64,000 bases of DNA, from NCBI RefSeq assembly GCF_025526975.1, contig NW_026515685.1, positions 62,001 to 126,000 of the forward strand, in the 5' to 3' direction. Made by a program: the position numbers and the translations under genes. The notes under the pieces are model-generated. The model made no database searches. It saw only the letters and a list, made by a program, of their open reading frames with translations, and was not told where the DNA came from. Of the stretch, positions 35,967 to 48,258 are shown one piece after another (the stretch's first letter is position 1; each line of letters begins with the position of its first letter). The DNA comes from Fimicolochytrium jonesii (Eukaryota).

Positions 35967-36782
35967 TTGTGCAATTACCACGGTTGGAGGAACTTTGTGG
36001 AGCTCTTGCTCTTTGCAGGCTTGTTAAGTCACAACGACGGATCAGGTCGTGGTTTTCGGCTCGGGGATGACTATAGAGCGTACGCCTCTAGGACCGCATG
36101 CTGTCAACTCTTTTGTAACGTGACAAAAGCCCTGCAGTATTGGTCTACCCTCAAGACGTACTTGAAAAGCGGTCTGCTCGTGCGCCTGGTCACATACAAC
36201 TGCAGTGGCGGGTCGCATCTAGAAAAGGTCGCAGTCTACGTGAAAGCGATCGAACTCGGCCCCGACAGCTACGAAGCCACGCTCCTGCGATACGTTCCGC
36301 AATTTCACGAGGCGGACCCTAGGTGGCTTTTACCGGGTTGTGGGGATAGGGCTTTTGGGCCCGCCTCGATTGAGGTGACGGGCCTTAGATCGAAAAGCCG
36401 CCATCACTTGTCAAAAGTGCACGCAGACATTGACAGGTTGTTGACTCGAGCCATCCCAGCACGGCAGGCGGCGTGGTCAGGTCGCTTGAGTGTGGACTTT
36501 TGGTGGCGTTTCATGCACGAGCGAGGCGATTACGGTCAGGACGACAAGTTCTCTGCATTGGACTGGGAGGAATGGAAATACTTGCCCTCATACGGCATTT
36601 TCGTACCGGTGCTTGCAGTGGATGCTTATCGAGCTTACATGGTGAAGGTCGCAACCTTGCGGCGAGCGATGCGTCGTTTCGTTCAGGCTCATGCGGACGC
36701 CATCGATCGCTGGTTGTGGCTCCCCCAGACCGGACTCGTGCCTCGCCGCAGGTGCCGCCTTCTCGGACTCGGTTTGCCCTAG
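35967..36782 (+). CDS. Orphan ORF, start uncertain (no upstream ATG in frame; may be spliced or decayed)
   Basis: 271-codon open frame with globular-protein composition; Trp-rich C-terminus RRFVQAHADAIDRWLWLPQTGL. Confidence 0.4.
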   Translation: MCNYHGWRNFVELLLFAGLLSHNDGSGRGFRLGDDYRAYASRTACCQLFCNVTKALQYWSTLKTYLKSGLLVRLVTYNCSGGSHLEKVAVYVKAIELGPDSYEATLLRYVPQFHEADPRWLLPGCGDRAFGPASIEVTGLRSKSRHHLSKVHADIDRLLTRAIPARQAAWSGRLSVDFWWRFMHERGDYGQDDKFSALDWEEWKYLPSYGIFVPVLAVDAYRAYMVKVATLRRAMRRFVQAHADAIDRWLWLPQTGLVPRRRCRLLGLGLP

Positions 36783-37139
36783 GTATGGACAATGTATAGT
36801 TCTCATGCGTGTCTTTCTTTATAACCCGGTGGCAAACGCTGGCGGCGCTCTTTAGCTAGACATAGACCCCAATATACCCTACTTGTTCCTGTGTTGATGC
36901 CCGTTCGTTCAGTCCGTCGAGAGAGTGTTGTTTGCAATCTGCCGCATCCGCGAAGCGCGGGACTGGCTATGTGGTGCACACTGCACACTGCAGATGCATG
37001 ACCTGCAACCTAAGTCACGTGACAGTAATCCAGTTCCTTTGCGATTTTGGGCAAATAACATACCGAGAACCTATACAATCCGCCGCCATCCATCCGATCA
37101 TAACCCGAACCAGCACCAAACCGGAAAGACGAAGCCGCC

Positions 37140-38045
37140 ATGCCTCCCTACGACGAGCAAGCCATAGTCAACAAGATCATCTTCGAGGGTCCGCTGTCCA
37201 AGGACCCCGAGCGTTGGACCAAGTGGCGTACCTTCCTCACCAACCGTGCTGTCCAAGACTGGGACATCCCTCTCGAAGGCGCGGAGGAGACCGAGGCCGT
37301 GAGGCTCATCCGGTCCATTATCGAGGCTCAACTGGAAGGTCGGATGACCCTTCTGTCTGCAATCCTTAGAGTATGTGGCGTTTGGGACGGGATCATTGTG
37401 GAGAATCAAACCATGGAGGAGTACGTCGAGGATGTGGATAAATCCATTGCGAGTGTCGAAAGCCTCAAAGATATCGCAGTACTCACGAAACTTGCTCTGA
37501 TCAAGAGTAACTCGGAATCCTTTCTGCGGAACATGCCAAGCTTGTCGGAGCTGACTGAGATGCAGAACACATTCGAAGACCTTCATCTAAGGGTTCAAGC
37601 GCGCAAAGAACCTGAAAATATCAACCGAGACATCGTGCGTAAATCCACAACTGGCGAACTTGTTTTCTTTCAGTCGGTATTCGATTGGGAACGTTGGTTG
37701 GCTCTGGAAGAAGGTCAGAACCTCCTTGACCATTTCGTTGCACGGTTGAACTCCGGTGGGAATCGCGAGGTTCGCGACAGGCATCTCTTGAGTTTTCAGA
37801 GGGCATCTGATGCCGCCAAGGTCTTGAAGACCATCAACGAGGCAAAGTACGGAGCCGTGGCGAAAGCCCTGGATGACTTCTTTGAGAACCTCAATGTCGT
37901 CCTGACTTTGGCTCAATGGGACCGACCAGTCCCTGAGAGGAGAGCTGATGACGAAAGGGTGCTCGCGGCAGCAAAAGGGGTCCGGGAATCGCTTCGCTAC
38001 ATGTGCGGCCCCGAATGGAAGGCTTTGATAAACGTCTTCATCTAA
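37140..38045 (+). CDS. Intronless orphan, predicted all-alpha protein (301 aa)
   Basis: GCCGCCATG start context, coding-like codon bias, amphipathic helices; no family recognised. Confidence 0.75.
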   Translation: MPPYDEQAIVNKIIFEGPLSKDPERWTKWRTFLTNRAVQDWDIPLEGAEETEAVRLIRSIIEAQLEGRMTLLSAILRVCGVWDGIIVENQTMEEYVEDVDKSIASVESLKDIAVLTKLALIKSNSESFLRNMPSLSELTEMQNTFEDLHLRVQARKEPENINRDIVRKSTTGELVFFQSVFDWERWLALEEGQNLLDHFVARLNSGGNREVRDRHLLSFQRASDAAKVLKTINEAKYGAVAKALDDFFENLNVVLTLAQWDRPVPERRADDERVLAAAKGVRESLRYMCGPEWKALINVFI

Positions 38046-38071
38046 TCGATGTACTGCATTTGATGTATGAT

Positions 38072-38110
38072 GCAATCTGTAATCTGTAATCTATAATCTG
38101 TAACCTGTAC
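38072..38110 (+). repeat. 7-bp tandem repeat (TGTAATC)~5
   Basis: gcaatc tgtaatc tgtaatc tataatc tgtaacc tgtac just downstream of the orphan's stop codon. Confidence 0.8.
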
Positions 38111-39703
38111 ATTCGAAATGGTTCTACTCCAAGCAAGGGAAAAGAACCATGCAACAGTTTCAATGTTCCCTCATAAGCAGGCGCCCTTTTGTTGAAGAAC
38201 ACTCGACCCCGGTTTGCATATTCGACATAAGATATACTCTATATAAGGCGCAATGACACGGTTAGTCATACCAGTTCAGACACACCATAATCATACATTC
38301 ATACATCAACATGCTGTCAACCATCTTCGACCAATGCCCTACTTGGGAGTCACTAGACATGGAGAAGATAGGCGTTTCAGAAACGATGAAAGCCGTCACA
38401 TACGAGGGGAAGTTGCTCCTCGTACGAACCAGATTGGAATTGCGGAACTCGTACAATATCGTGCGGTGAGGGCGACAGAGGCCACGCTCTATGTGTGCAG
38501 TACGCAGCTCATGTCAGTATTATAGTCAGTCATCAGTGGAGCGGGTCCGCTGTCGCCACCCCCAGCGCAGCGTGCAAAGTGCAAATCAGCGTCATATCCA
38601 CGTCCGGTCACAACTCATCACCACCGGATGCCTGCGTTGCTATTCCTGGGTGTCTCTCGTGCAAGTTACATATCTACCAGGTTTATTTACCCTGTCGACG
38701 GTCACACCCGATCCGCCCATACTGCCTTTACTTTTTGGGGACCTGGCCTCCGGAATCGCACACCTCGGAGCACTTGGGACCCACCTCCCACCCCCTTGGA
38801 TATTGGGCATATCATATCTGGCTGTCCAACGTGCGCTCTCTCACAACAGTGCGTCACGTCTAGGTTCTCAAATTCGACGCTCGCCCTCATCAAGGCCCAG
38901 GGTGTCGCAGCTTTCAGCCACCAGCCGCCTTCGCCCTTCCCAACTTTTATCACCACTGCTGCTTTAGAAAAACTACTTCACAGTACGTAGTATAGACAGA
39001 TAGACAGAATATCATAGACCGCCTCAACTCCAACTCCAAGTTCCCATATACCTGAAGTGTTCGGCGTTCGGCTCGGCACTCCCGTAAATTACCGGTGTCA
39101 ACCTGAATGCTTCTTGGGCGCCAAAACAAACCCAAGGCGGGCTCTTTTCCGTCGCCACTGCAGTCGCCCACAGCCCAAAAGTGACGGAAACAAACTCCCA
39201 GGAGACGTTTCCTCAAACTCAGTTGTCTTTTCGCCAGATAATCTCTCGGAGTCTCTTCCTCTCGGAGTCTCGGGACGCTCTTTCTTTGCCTCTCCCCCTT
39301 GCATTGTTCTCGTTGATAAGGGAACCTCTTCTCCTGGCCGGCCTCCTCAACAACCTCCGTTTTTCGAAGCTGTTCGGCGCTTGTGATATTATCGACCAGA
39401 ACAAGCAAGCAAGCTTCAGCAGTTTGCAGCAGCAGCAGCCCGCAGCTCTCAGAAGCAGCACCGTTCGAGAACAACCTTCCCGCGCAAAAGGAAGGTGGCT
39501 TTTTCGCGGCGTTTGCCTTTGCCCCCCCACGGAACTTTCGGTTTGCACACGGCAAGCAGCCCGACTCGGGAACGGACTGGGAATTGTGCAGACAGACACA
39601 ACGTCCAACTACCCTCCAACAACCAACCAACCAACCAACCAACCAACCGACACTCAGTTTACACACGCAGGCCTCAGAGAACGGTGGCACAACAACAAGC
39701 ACC

Positions 39704-42066
39704 ATGCCCAGCCTGTTCTCTTTCGACAAGAAAAAAGCCTCCACGGCTGCAACCTTCGGCATCGACACCGACCTTGTGGATTCCTCCTCAACCAGCTCCA
39801 AGTCGTCAAAGAAGAAAGGCAAGAAAAGCTTCGACTTTGCCTCCGCCCTCTACTCCCCCAAGTCCTCCTCCTCCGACTCCCTCAGCAAATCCAGCACCCA
39901 GAGGCTAAAAGACTCAAAACGCAATGGCAGCAGCGGCAATGGCTCCTCAGACGACGGCAGCAGCGTCGCCTCCTCCGGCCGTCAACGCCGCAAACGAGCA
40001 CGCCCAGTCCTCGATGCCCTTACCCTCGCCGCGACCTCGATCCAGAAACTCGAGTCGGAACGCCTGCATGCCTCGTGCGAGCTGAGGAGACTGGTGCTCA
40101 TCCAGAACCTGCTCAACGCCATCTACGAGAACTGGAACACGTTGATGGAAAAGACGCCGCATCACCAGCACCCGGACCAGCCCGCGTCGGTGGTGGCTGC
40201 GACCGATCTTATCGACCCGCAGACGGTGGACGAGGCGCCGGCGGAGGCGGTTGTGAATGATGTGAGGGAACGGAGGAAGAGCGCGCAGTTGAAGAAACGG
40301 GGCGCGTTGACGTGGAGGAGGAAGGCGGCGGATAGTGCCGTTGATCTCTCAAATATGGAGCTGGCGGAGGACGCTGCCAGGAAAGGAGACGGCGAGGATT
40401 CGGCGTCTGGGTCGTCGGAGGATGATGACGAGGAGAATGGGCTGCCTAGGCGGTTACGGAAGAAGAGGGTCGTGCCGAAACCGGCCATGGGGATCGTTAA
40501 GCCCGGCCGGTCGCTGCGACGGGCAAAGAGCGAGGATATCCTGTCCTCTGCCATCCCTGTTGGGGGTAGAGCGGTAAACAGTGGCGCCGTAAATGCGCAG
40601 GGAGCACCGAGCACTGCCGAAAGTTTGGCAGAAGACGATGAGGTGCCGCTGGGCCATCTCAATATCGGAGGAGGCGCTAGCCTCATGCGCAAGTACCCCT
40701 CAGAGCCCACCATCGCATCTACACCATCACTATCACCTTCCGCGCCCGAGACTCCATCCGCCTCCACACCACCCGCCCCCGAACCCCTCCGTAACAAAAA
40801 GCTCGCCGCAGCCAGCCCCCTCCGCCAAGCAGCCTCTATGGACGACCTCAAAAAATTCTACAAGGACCAACCAACCCCCGACCAAACAATCCTCTCCATC
40901 CCCAACCGCACCAACGCCTCCACCAAACCCACCATGACACTCATCGAGAAAGTTGAGCTGCGACAACGCGAGGCACGCCGATCGTTGGATAACCCCGACG
41001 AAGGCAATGGACCGGCATTCCCGGCCCGATCTAGCTCGTTGAATAACCTGGCATCGGAAGAACCGGCTAAATTGCCGGCATCGTCATCACTCCCATCCTT
41101 GTTGAAGGAACAACCGATCCGACAATCTCTCGATACACCCCCCCGGGACCGTGACCTCCCCCGCATCTCCACCGATTTCATAGCACCCGCAATGGAGAAA
41201 TCCAAATCCTTCCCGCAGCCATCCAACTCCCCTCAAAAGCTTACCATCGCACCCCCGCGATCGGCGACATTACCCGTATCGGAGAACACGCTGCTGGGGA
41301 AGGGACAGGTGAAGACGGGGAAAAAGTCGGGGTTGATGAGTCTCAGGAGCGCGTTTCTGAGGAAGAAGGCTGAGAAGGGATCGGTCGAACCGACCTCTCC
41401 GGTCTCCGCGAGTTCCGCACCAGGTATGTATAGTGGACACCCCTTTTACTCCTCAACCCACTAGCTTTGTTGTTAACCTTTGTTCCATTTCTAGTGTTAG
41501 GCGACCAACCAGCCCCACTAACCTTCCACCCTACATCAGCCCCAACCTCCTCCCCGCTCCTCCCGCCCCCCTCGCCCCCGCAGAAATCACCCACGTCATC
41601 CGCACGCCTGCGTTTCCTCCCAATCCTCACAACACCCAAACGCTCCCCCCCGTCCCCATCCTCTCCCGCACCACCAAAATCCCCTCAACCACCCACACCC
41701 CCCTCCAAATCCCCGCTCCTAGACGACATCGATTTCGGCTCATCCCCCTTCGGCGGAGGGTTCAGCACCGCCAGTTTCGAACACGAGGTCTTCTCCGGCC
41801 TCGCAGCATCCAAGGACATCCGCCGCTCCTTCCTCCTCGCCATGCCCGCACCATCGTCGGTCACGCGCACGTCAGCGAGCTCCGGGTCGGCTTCTTCCAC
41901 GGAGTACCGGTCGAGTGGGAGCTCGGGGAGTTTGGCGAGGAGGGATAGCGGGGCCAGTGGCGGGGTGGATGATGTGGGCACAGGCGACGGCGGCAGGATG
42001 GGGTATACGCTCGAAGGCCGCTTTTGTGAATTGGCGTTTGATCTGAGTTGGGAGGTGAAATTGTAG
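39704..42066 (+). CDS. Ser/Pro/Lys-rich disordered protein with SERTA-like helical motif (2 exons)
   Basis: ATG 39704 (MPSLFSFDKKK); intron ~41424..41500; only ordered segment is SIQKLESERLHASCELRRLVLIQNLLNAI. Confidence 0.75.
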
Positions 42067-42708
42067 GATCGCGCCCTTTGGATCGCTTCGGGGAAACGGC
42101 GTATGCATGCGTTTTATCCACCCTCCGTGTTTTGGGCGCCATCCACCATTCCCCCCGGCGTTTTCGGGGGGAGCTTCCCCCCCCCCCCCCCCCCCCCCCC
42201 GTCCCCCGTGTGATTCGAAGTGGGACCGGGGGAAAATAGGAAGACCTCATTTGATTGTTGTGCTAGTGTTTGGGTTAATGTCTAGTGTACGTTCTTTTGT
42301 TCATGTGTATAGTATAATGATACTAGCTACGGCCCCGTCGTACACTGTCTTTGTTCGCGGGGTTTGATGAATCGGGGGCATTTCTTGGGACGAGAAGTGG
42401 GGAAGGGTAGGAAAGCCGCAAAGATGGGAGGGAGCCCTCTGTCTCCTCCAACACGCAGGGGAACCCCCTTCCCAATGTCCGCGCACATCGGGGAAGAAAA
42501 TGTTTGTTGGTGTGCTAGTGCTAGTGTTGGTAGTCCGTCCTTGCTATACATATGTCCTCAATCTACTATACGCCGCGAGGTTTTCTATGGGTGTGGAATT
42601 CTATACTCTGCTCTACTCTATGTACACGTCCTCACAAAAAGAAACCGTGGATCATCGTCTCTCTGCACCGTGGGGATAGAGTGTCCATCTCTACAACCGG
42701 GCGGGGGC

Positions 42709-44937
42709 CTAATCCCTAATCCCACTCTTCCCCAACGCATAGTCCTGCCTCCACAGGGTGGGCTCGACCCACCATCCCTTCAACCCATTGCCGCGCGCAT
42801 CCATCTGCAGATCAATGGGGTCGCGCATGGGCAGGGACCTCCAAAACTTCCTCGCGCCCTTCGTGCTCACAATGTAGGCATGGGAGCAGCGAGCCCAGTC
42901 CTCGCGGTACAGGCCGGGGGTGGACGACGAGTGGAAGTTGAAGCAGGCGCCGGTCATGAGGTAGTCGTAGTCGGGGGCGGAGGCGTTGAGGGCGCGCGCG
43001 ATGTGGGTGGGCACCAGCGTGGCGTTGATGGAGTCGAGTTGGATGTCGTCTTCGAAGATCATGGCGTGCGTGTGCGCGTGCTGGAGGATCGAGTGGAAGG
43101 CGGCGAAGTGCTTGATCGCGAGGGAGATTTCGCCGGGCTTGAGCGGGTTCTCGGGGTGCTTTGATAGAATAAATAGAAAATATCACTGTTAGAGGGGGGA
43201 AACGAGATATAGGTTGATAACCGGTTTGTTTTTCTTCTTACCGGACGGATCTTGGGCCACGGTCTCCGGTCGGCACCCCGGAGCACTTTATCATCCCACG
43301 GGAAAAAACAGTCCAGATCCCGTTTGCTCAACTTCTCCCTATCGTATCCCGTCACGACCCTCGCATTCACATTCCACTCCCCAAAATGCTTCCTCAGTCT
43401 CGGCAGGCGTTCCTTTAGGGGCGTGTAGTGCGTGATGTACACCGCGTCGATGCCGGGGAAGGCCGATGCTGTTTTGTTGAAGGGGAGTTGGGACAGTGGG
43501 TAGAGGGGGGTGAAGGCCTTGGAGGATTGGGAGGTGATTGTTTTGAGCGCGCAGGATTGGTAGGAGCGGCGGAGGAACGTGGCGTCGCAGGCTTTGCAGA
43601 CGAGGTTTGTTGTGGTGTACTCGAGGAGTTTCTCGAAGTACGGGTTGGTGAAGGGTGTTTGGTGTTTCCACGCCAGATGGGTGTTGTACCGCGTTTCGTC
43701 GTCGGTGACGTCCATGACGTAGCGGGAGAGGTCCGCCGTTGTCGAGAAGGTGTCGGAGAAGATGACGGAGTCTGGAGCGGGAACGACGGACTGCAGGGCC
43801 GAGGAGGAGGGGTGGGTGGTGGCCGGATTGAAGTAGATGGGCACGGCGCCGGCTTTGAGGGCCTCCCAGACCTTCTGTGTTTCGAGGTTGGTGGCTTCGG
43901 CGGGGGTGTCCATGGCGAGGGCGAAGCGGTACCTCCGTAGTGTGTCGCGGCGGGTTTGGAGGTTTTTAAAGTCGCCGCATTCCGTGTATGTTTTTAGGCG
44001 CGTGTCGTAGGGGGGTTGCCAGCAGCATCCGTGGACGTCGAGGCGGGGGAAGATGGAGCGGAGCATGTCGACTGTTTTGCCGACCGTGGAGCAGTCGGTG
44101 GGGAGCCAGGCTACGCCGTCGACTTTTTCGGAAAAGGGGAGAGGGGACGTGCGGTAGGCTTCTGCGCCGCCGTCGCGAGCGACGAGGGGGACGAGGGCTT
44201 CGGCGTCGTTGGCGATTTGGAAGTCGAGCTCCATGGCGTCGTCTTTGGGGATTTTAAGGCCGGCGTAGTTGAGGACACCGTGAAGGGTTTGGGGGAGGTC
44301 GTTGGTGCGCGCGGGAAAGGTTGTGCGGTCTTCGGCGTTGCGGAGGATGGCGTGCGCGCTGGATTCGTCGCCGAGGCGCACGTCGCAGGTCGAGAGCGGG
44401 CAAAGGTATTGCCCGGGTTTCAGTACTTTGCCTGCTTTGGCATCCACGGAGAGGATCGTTGATGCTTTCAGCGGTGTACGGGGCGTTGGTTTCTTTACTG
44501 GTGGTCGTGGTCGTGGTGGTGATGGGCGAAGGGGTGGTTTCCCCACTACCTCTACATCTACTTCAACCTGCTGTGGGAGAGAGTGGGTGTGAGTGGTCGG
44601 TTGCGCGAAGCGATCGATACGTCTTCACACGTACTCATACATCGATACTCACCTCCACATCTTCCACCTTCCTCCCAAGCCCCTCCTCCCCAAGCTTCCC
44701 CTGGCGTCCATGCCCCTGTTGTTGTTGTTGCTGCTGTTGCTGCTGTTGTTGTGATGGCGGCGGTAATGGGCGTGAGCGCACTGCGGCCATCCGCTCTCGT
44801 GAATCGAACGAATGGGCGTGTGATAGGGTATACAGGGTGAGTGCGGACAGCACGATGAGGGCAAGGACGAGGAGCCGACGACTGGGCAGTGTTTTTAGGT
44901 CTAGTTTGCGCATTGCTGTGAAAGGCGTTGCGGACAT
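42709..44937 (-). CDS. Type II membrane glycosyltransferase fusion: GT10 (alpha-1,3-fucosyltransferase-like) + GT25-like domain
   Basis: N-terminal TM LLVLALIVLSALTLY; GT10-like YRFALAMD...ETQKVWEALKAGAVPIY; GT25-like VYITHY..LKERL, LKPGEISLAIKH, AMIFEDD, CSHAYIVSTKGARK..PID. Confidence 0.82.
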
Positions 44938-45715
44938 TATGGGAATTTGAGTGAAGGTGTGCTTTGTTCGGCGGGCGGGGGGTCGTCCAATTGCGGCGGG
45001 CGTGGAGTCTGGAACGGATGGAGGGGGAAGTGAGTTGAGGTGTGGAAAGGGTACTATGTACAGTACTTGGGAGACGTCCGCTGCTGCCTGCACCTTTGGA
45101 TATGGATAGAGGGAGGAAGTGTTCTGACCTTTTCCGTTGTGAAGCCCTTGGCGGATTCTGCGGCGAGCGGGCGTGACAACTCAAAAAGCGTAACGTGCGG
45201 CCCGTCACACCGCCCTCGCAGCGACCGCCGGATCTGTCGCCTGATCCGCCCTGTCTCCTTGAAGGTCTCATCATATCCCAAATCGTGGATGCTTCCTCCA
45301 TCATCAAATTCTCACTTTGTTCGGGTTTCCCCCCTTACCGCGCTCCCAACCAACCCCTCCCGATTCCCATGGGCGTGGGAGACTTATACCGCGTCGCGTT
45401 CCACCCACGTGTCCGGGAAGTGGTAACCCCCATTCCGTCGGCCTGGTTTCGGACAAGGCCGAGAACGGGCTTGCTCCGTTTCGGACACCGCGTCCCTCCT
45501 TCGCGAGGGGAAAACGGTAACCCTACCCCTTGTTTTTACCGCCGTTCTCACAGATACGCCCACACACACAATGAAGGTTCCGTTGTTCAGGAAAACGAAA
45601 GGGTACAGTCTATGCACCACACAAAGAAAACAATACATACAGAAAACGAGTGTGAGGAAGAGAAAACACAGGCCTCCCCTTCGTCTCGTCCGAATTATCT
45701 CCCCCCCCCCCCCGC

Positions 45716-48258
45716 CTACCTCAAAAACCGCTGATAAACCGGATTCCCCGTCTCCTCGACATACGGATACCCCAACCGTCCCAAAAACCCCTCAAACGCC
45801 TCCTCGGTGCCCCTCTCCACCTGCACGCCACACAGCACCCTGCTCACATCGCCGCCATAGTTCCTATGATGGAACAAGCTCACGTTCCACCGCGGGCCGG
45901 TGCCGGGGGACAGACACGTGAGGAAATGCAGCAGCGCGCCGGGGCGTTCGGGGAACGCGAAGCGGAACACGCGTTCGTTGGAGAGGTGCGACGATGAGGG
46001 CGGCCGTCCGCCGACAAGGTGCCGGAGATGGTCTTTGGCCATCTCGTTGCGCGTCGCGTCCAGGGCCGTCATGCCCAGGGATTTCAGATTCTCAATGATC
46101 TCCTGGATTTCCGTCTGGGTGGTGTGTGGGGCGGGGGTGGGGTCGGAGAGGGAGTCCGAGGAGGAGATGTTGAACGCCATGAAGATGTGCGCTTCGTTCG
46201 CGTCGCCGTAGCGGTATGCGAACTCCGAGACCGTGCGGGGGTAGATCGCGTTGTACAGGTCCGCGAACGCGCCGGGGCGTTCCGGGATCACCACCGTCAG
46301 CAGCACCTCCTTGTTCTCCCCAAACACCGCGCGCTCCGCTACGAACCGCAGCCGGTCGAAATTCATGTTCGCGCCCGAGGACACCGCCACGAACGTCTGG
46401 TGCGTGCAGCCGGTCATCTGCACGTACTTCTTTGCGCCCGCTAGCCCCAACGCGCCCGCGGGCTCGACGACCGACCGCGTGTCTTCAAAGATATCCTTGA
46501 TCGCCGCGCAGATCTCGTCCGTGGTCACGAGCACCATCCCGTCGAGCAACTCTTTACATATCCGGAACGTTTCCTCCCCGACCAACCGTACCGCCGCGCC
46601 GTCCGCAAACAACCCAACCTGCGGCAGCGAGACGCGTTTACCCGCAAGCAGGGAGTAGGTCATCGCCGCCGAATCGTACGTCTCGACGCCGATCACTTTG
46701 ATGTGCGGGTACAGCCGTTTGACGTACGAGGCCACCCCCGCCGCGAGCCCGCCGCCGCCGACGCAGACAAAGATCGCGTCCAGTTTTTTGGATGAGGAGA
46801 GCTGGCGGATGATCTCTACACCTACCGTGCCCTGCCCCGCGATGACGTGGGGGTCGTCGTAAGGGGGTATGTTGATGTATCCGTGGTGGGCGGCGAGACG
46901 CGCGCATTCCTTCTTGGCTTCGTCAAAATCGTTGCCGTATAAGACAACAGAGGCGCCGAGACGTTTGACGTTTTTCCATTTGATGGGCGGGGTCATTGTG
47001 GGCATCACTATCGTTGCTTTTATGCCCATTTTCGAGGCGGCGAGGGCGACGCCCTGTGCGTGGTTACCCGCCGAGCATGCGATCACGCCTTTCGCCATCT
47101 CCTCTGGTGTGAGTTGGCTCATGCGGTTGTATGCGCCGCGCAATTTGAAGGAAAACACGGGCTGCAGGTCCTCGCGTTTGAGGAGGATGGAGTTGTTGAG
47201 GCGGGAGGAGAGGTTGGAGGCGAGTTGGAGCGGGGATTCGATGGCGACGTCGTAGACTTGCGCCGTGAGGATGAGGCGGACGTAGTCGGGGAGTTGGTGC
47301 CCTGTTGCGGCGGTGGGGGTCGTGCCGGGAATGCCGTATTGGTGGTTGGGGAAACTCCAGAGGCCGGATAGTTGTACCAGGTCGACTAGATCCTCCGTTG
47401 GGGGGCCGGGCTCGTTGGGATCGGGTATAGTCGCGGACGTTGAATCGCCGGCTCCGTTCGCCTCCGCGATGGTGGCGGTGGGTGACATGGAATCTCTTGA
47501 AGCAGCAGCAGCCGTCCCACCAATCGGTGGCGGGAAATCCACGCCGACATTCACACCCGTCACGTCCGGCCTGCCCAACCCAACCTCCACTTCTACATCG
47601 AGACCCAAATTGGGGATACTCGGCCGCCTCCCGCCATCCGACAGCGCCTTCTCGCTGCCAAACGCGTGGGCTTGGAACGGTGCTGTAAGATAAACCAATC
47701 GATGAGTCAAATGACGCGAAGCGTTGGTTGGTTGATGGAAATGGATGGGTGATGAAGAGATGGTCGAATGTCGATGGGATGAAGTGAAACCCTACTCGCT
47801 TCTCTCGCTCCCTTCAGACCCCCCTCATTCCCTCCCTCCCGCCACTACTCACAATTTGTCCCAAAAAAGCCTCCTCCTTCCGTAGGAACACTGGAGCTCA
47901 ACAAAGCCTGGGTCAAATCCTCGGGCTCAATCTGTTCATTCTCTTCAAACGCCATCGTCGCAAGGGATGCTGCTGATCTCACACTTCCGCGGGTCGTTGA
48001 TGTGGAGGGCCTGCCCAAGTCCACGGATATGTTCTTATTGTTGTTCCTGTTATCGATACTGCTGTCGCTGTTGGACCTGTTGTCGGCAGCGATGGGCGAG
48101 TGGATGTCGAAGCGGACTTTGGAGGTTGAGCGTGGGGGGTGTTGTGATTGCGGGGTTGGTGGAGCGGGGTTGGGGTCGGGGGTGGATGAGAGAGCTTTTG
48201 AAGTTGAAGCGACTGGCGGGTGCTGTGGTTGTGGTGGTTGTGGTGTAGAGGAGGACAT
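45716..48258 (-). CDS. ILV1: Threonine ammonia-lyase (biosynthetic), with long N-terminal extension
   Basis: KREDLQPVFSFKLRGAYN (PLP Lys), SAGNHAQG, VGGGGL, SGANMNFDRL, two ACT-like regulatory repeats (PERPGA); phase-1 intron 47852..47683. Confidence 0.96.
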
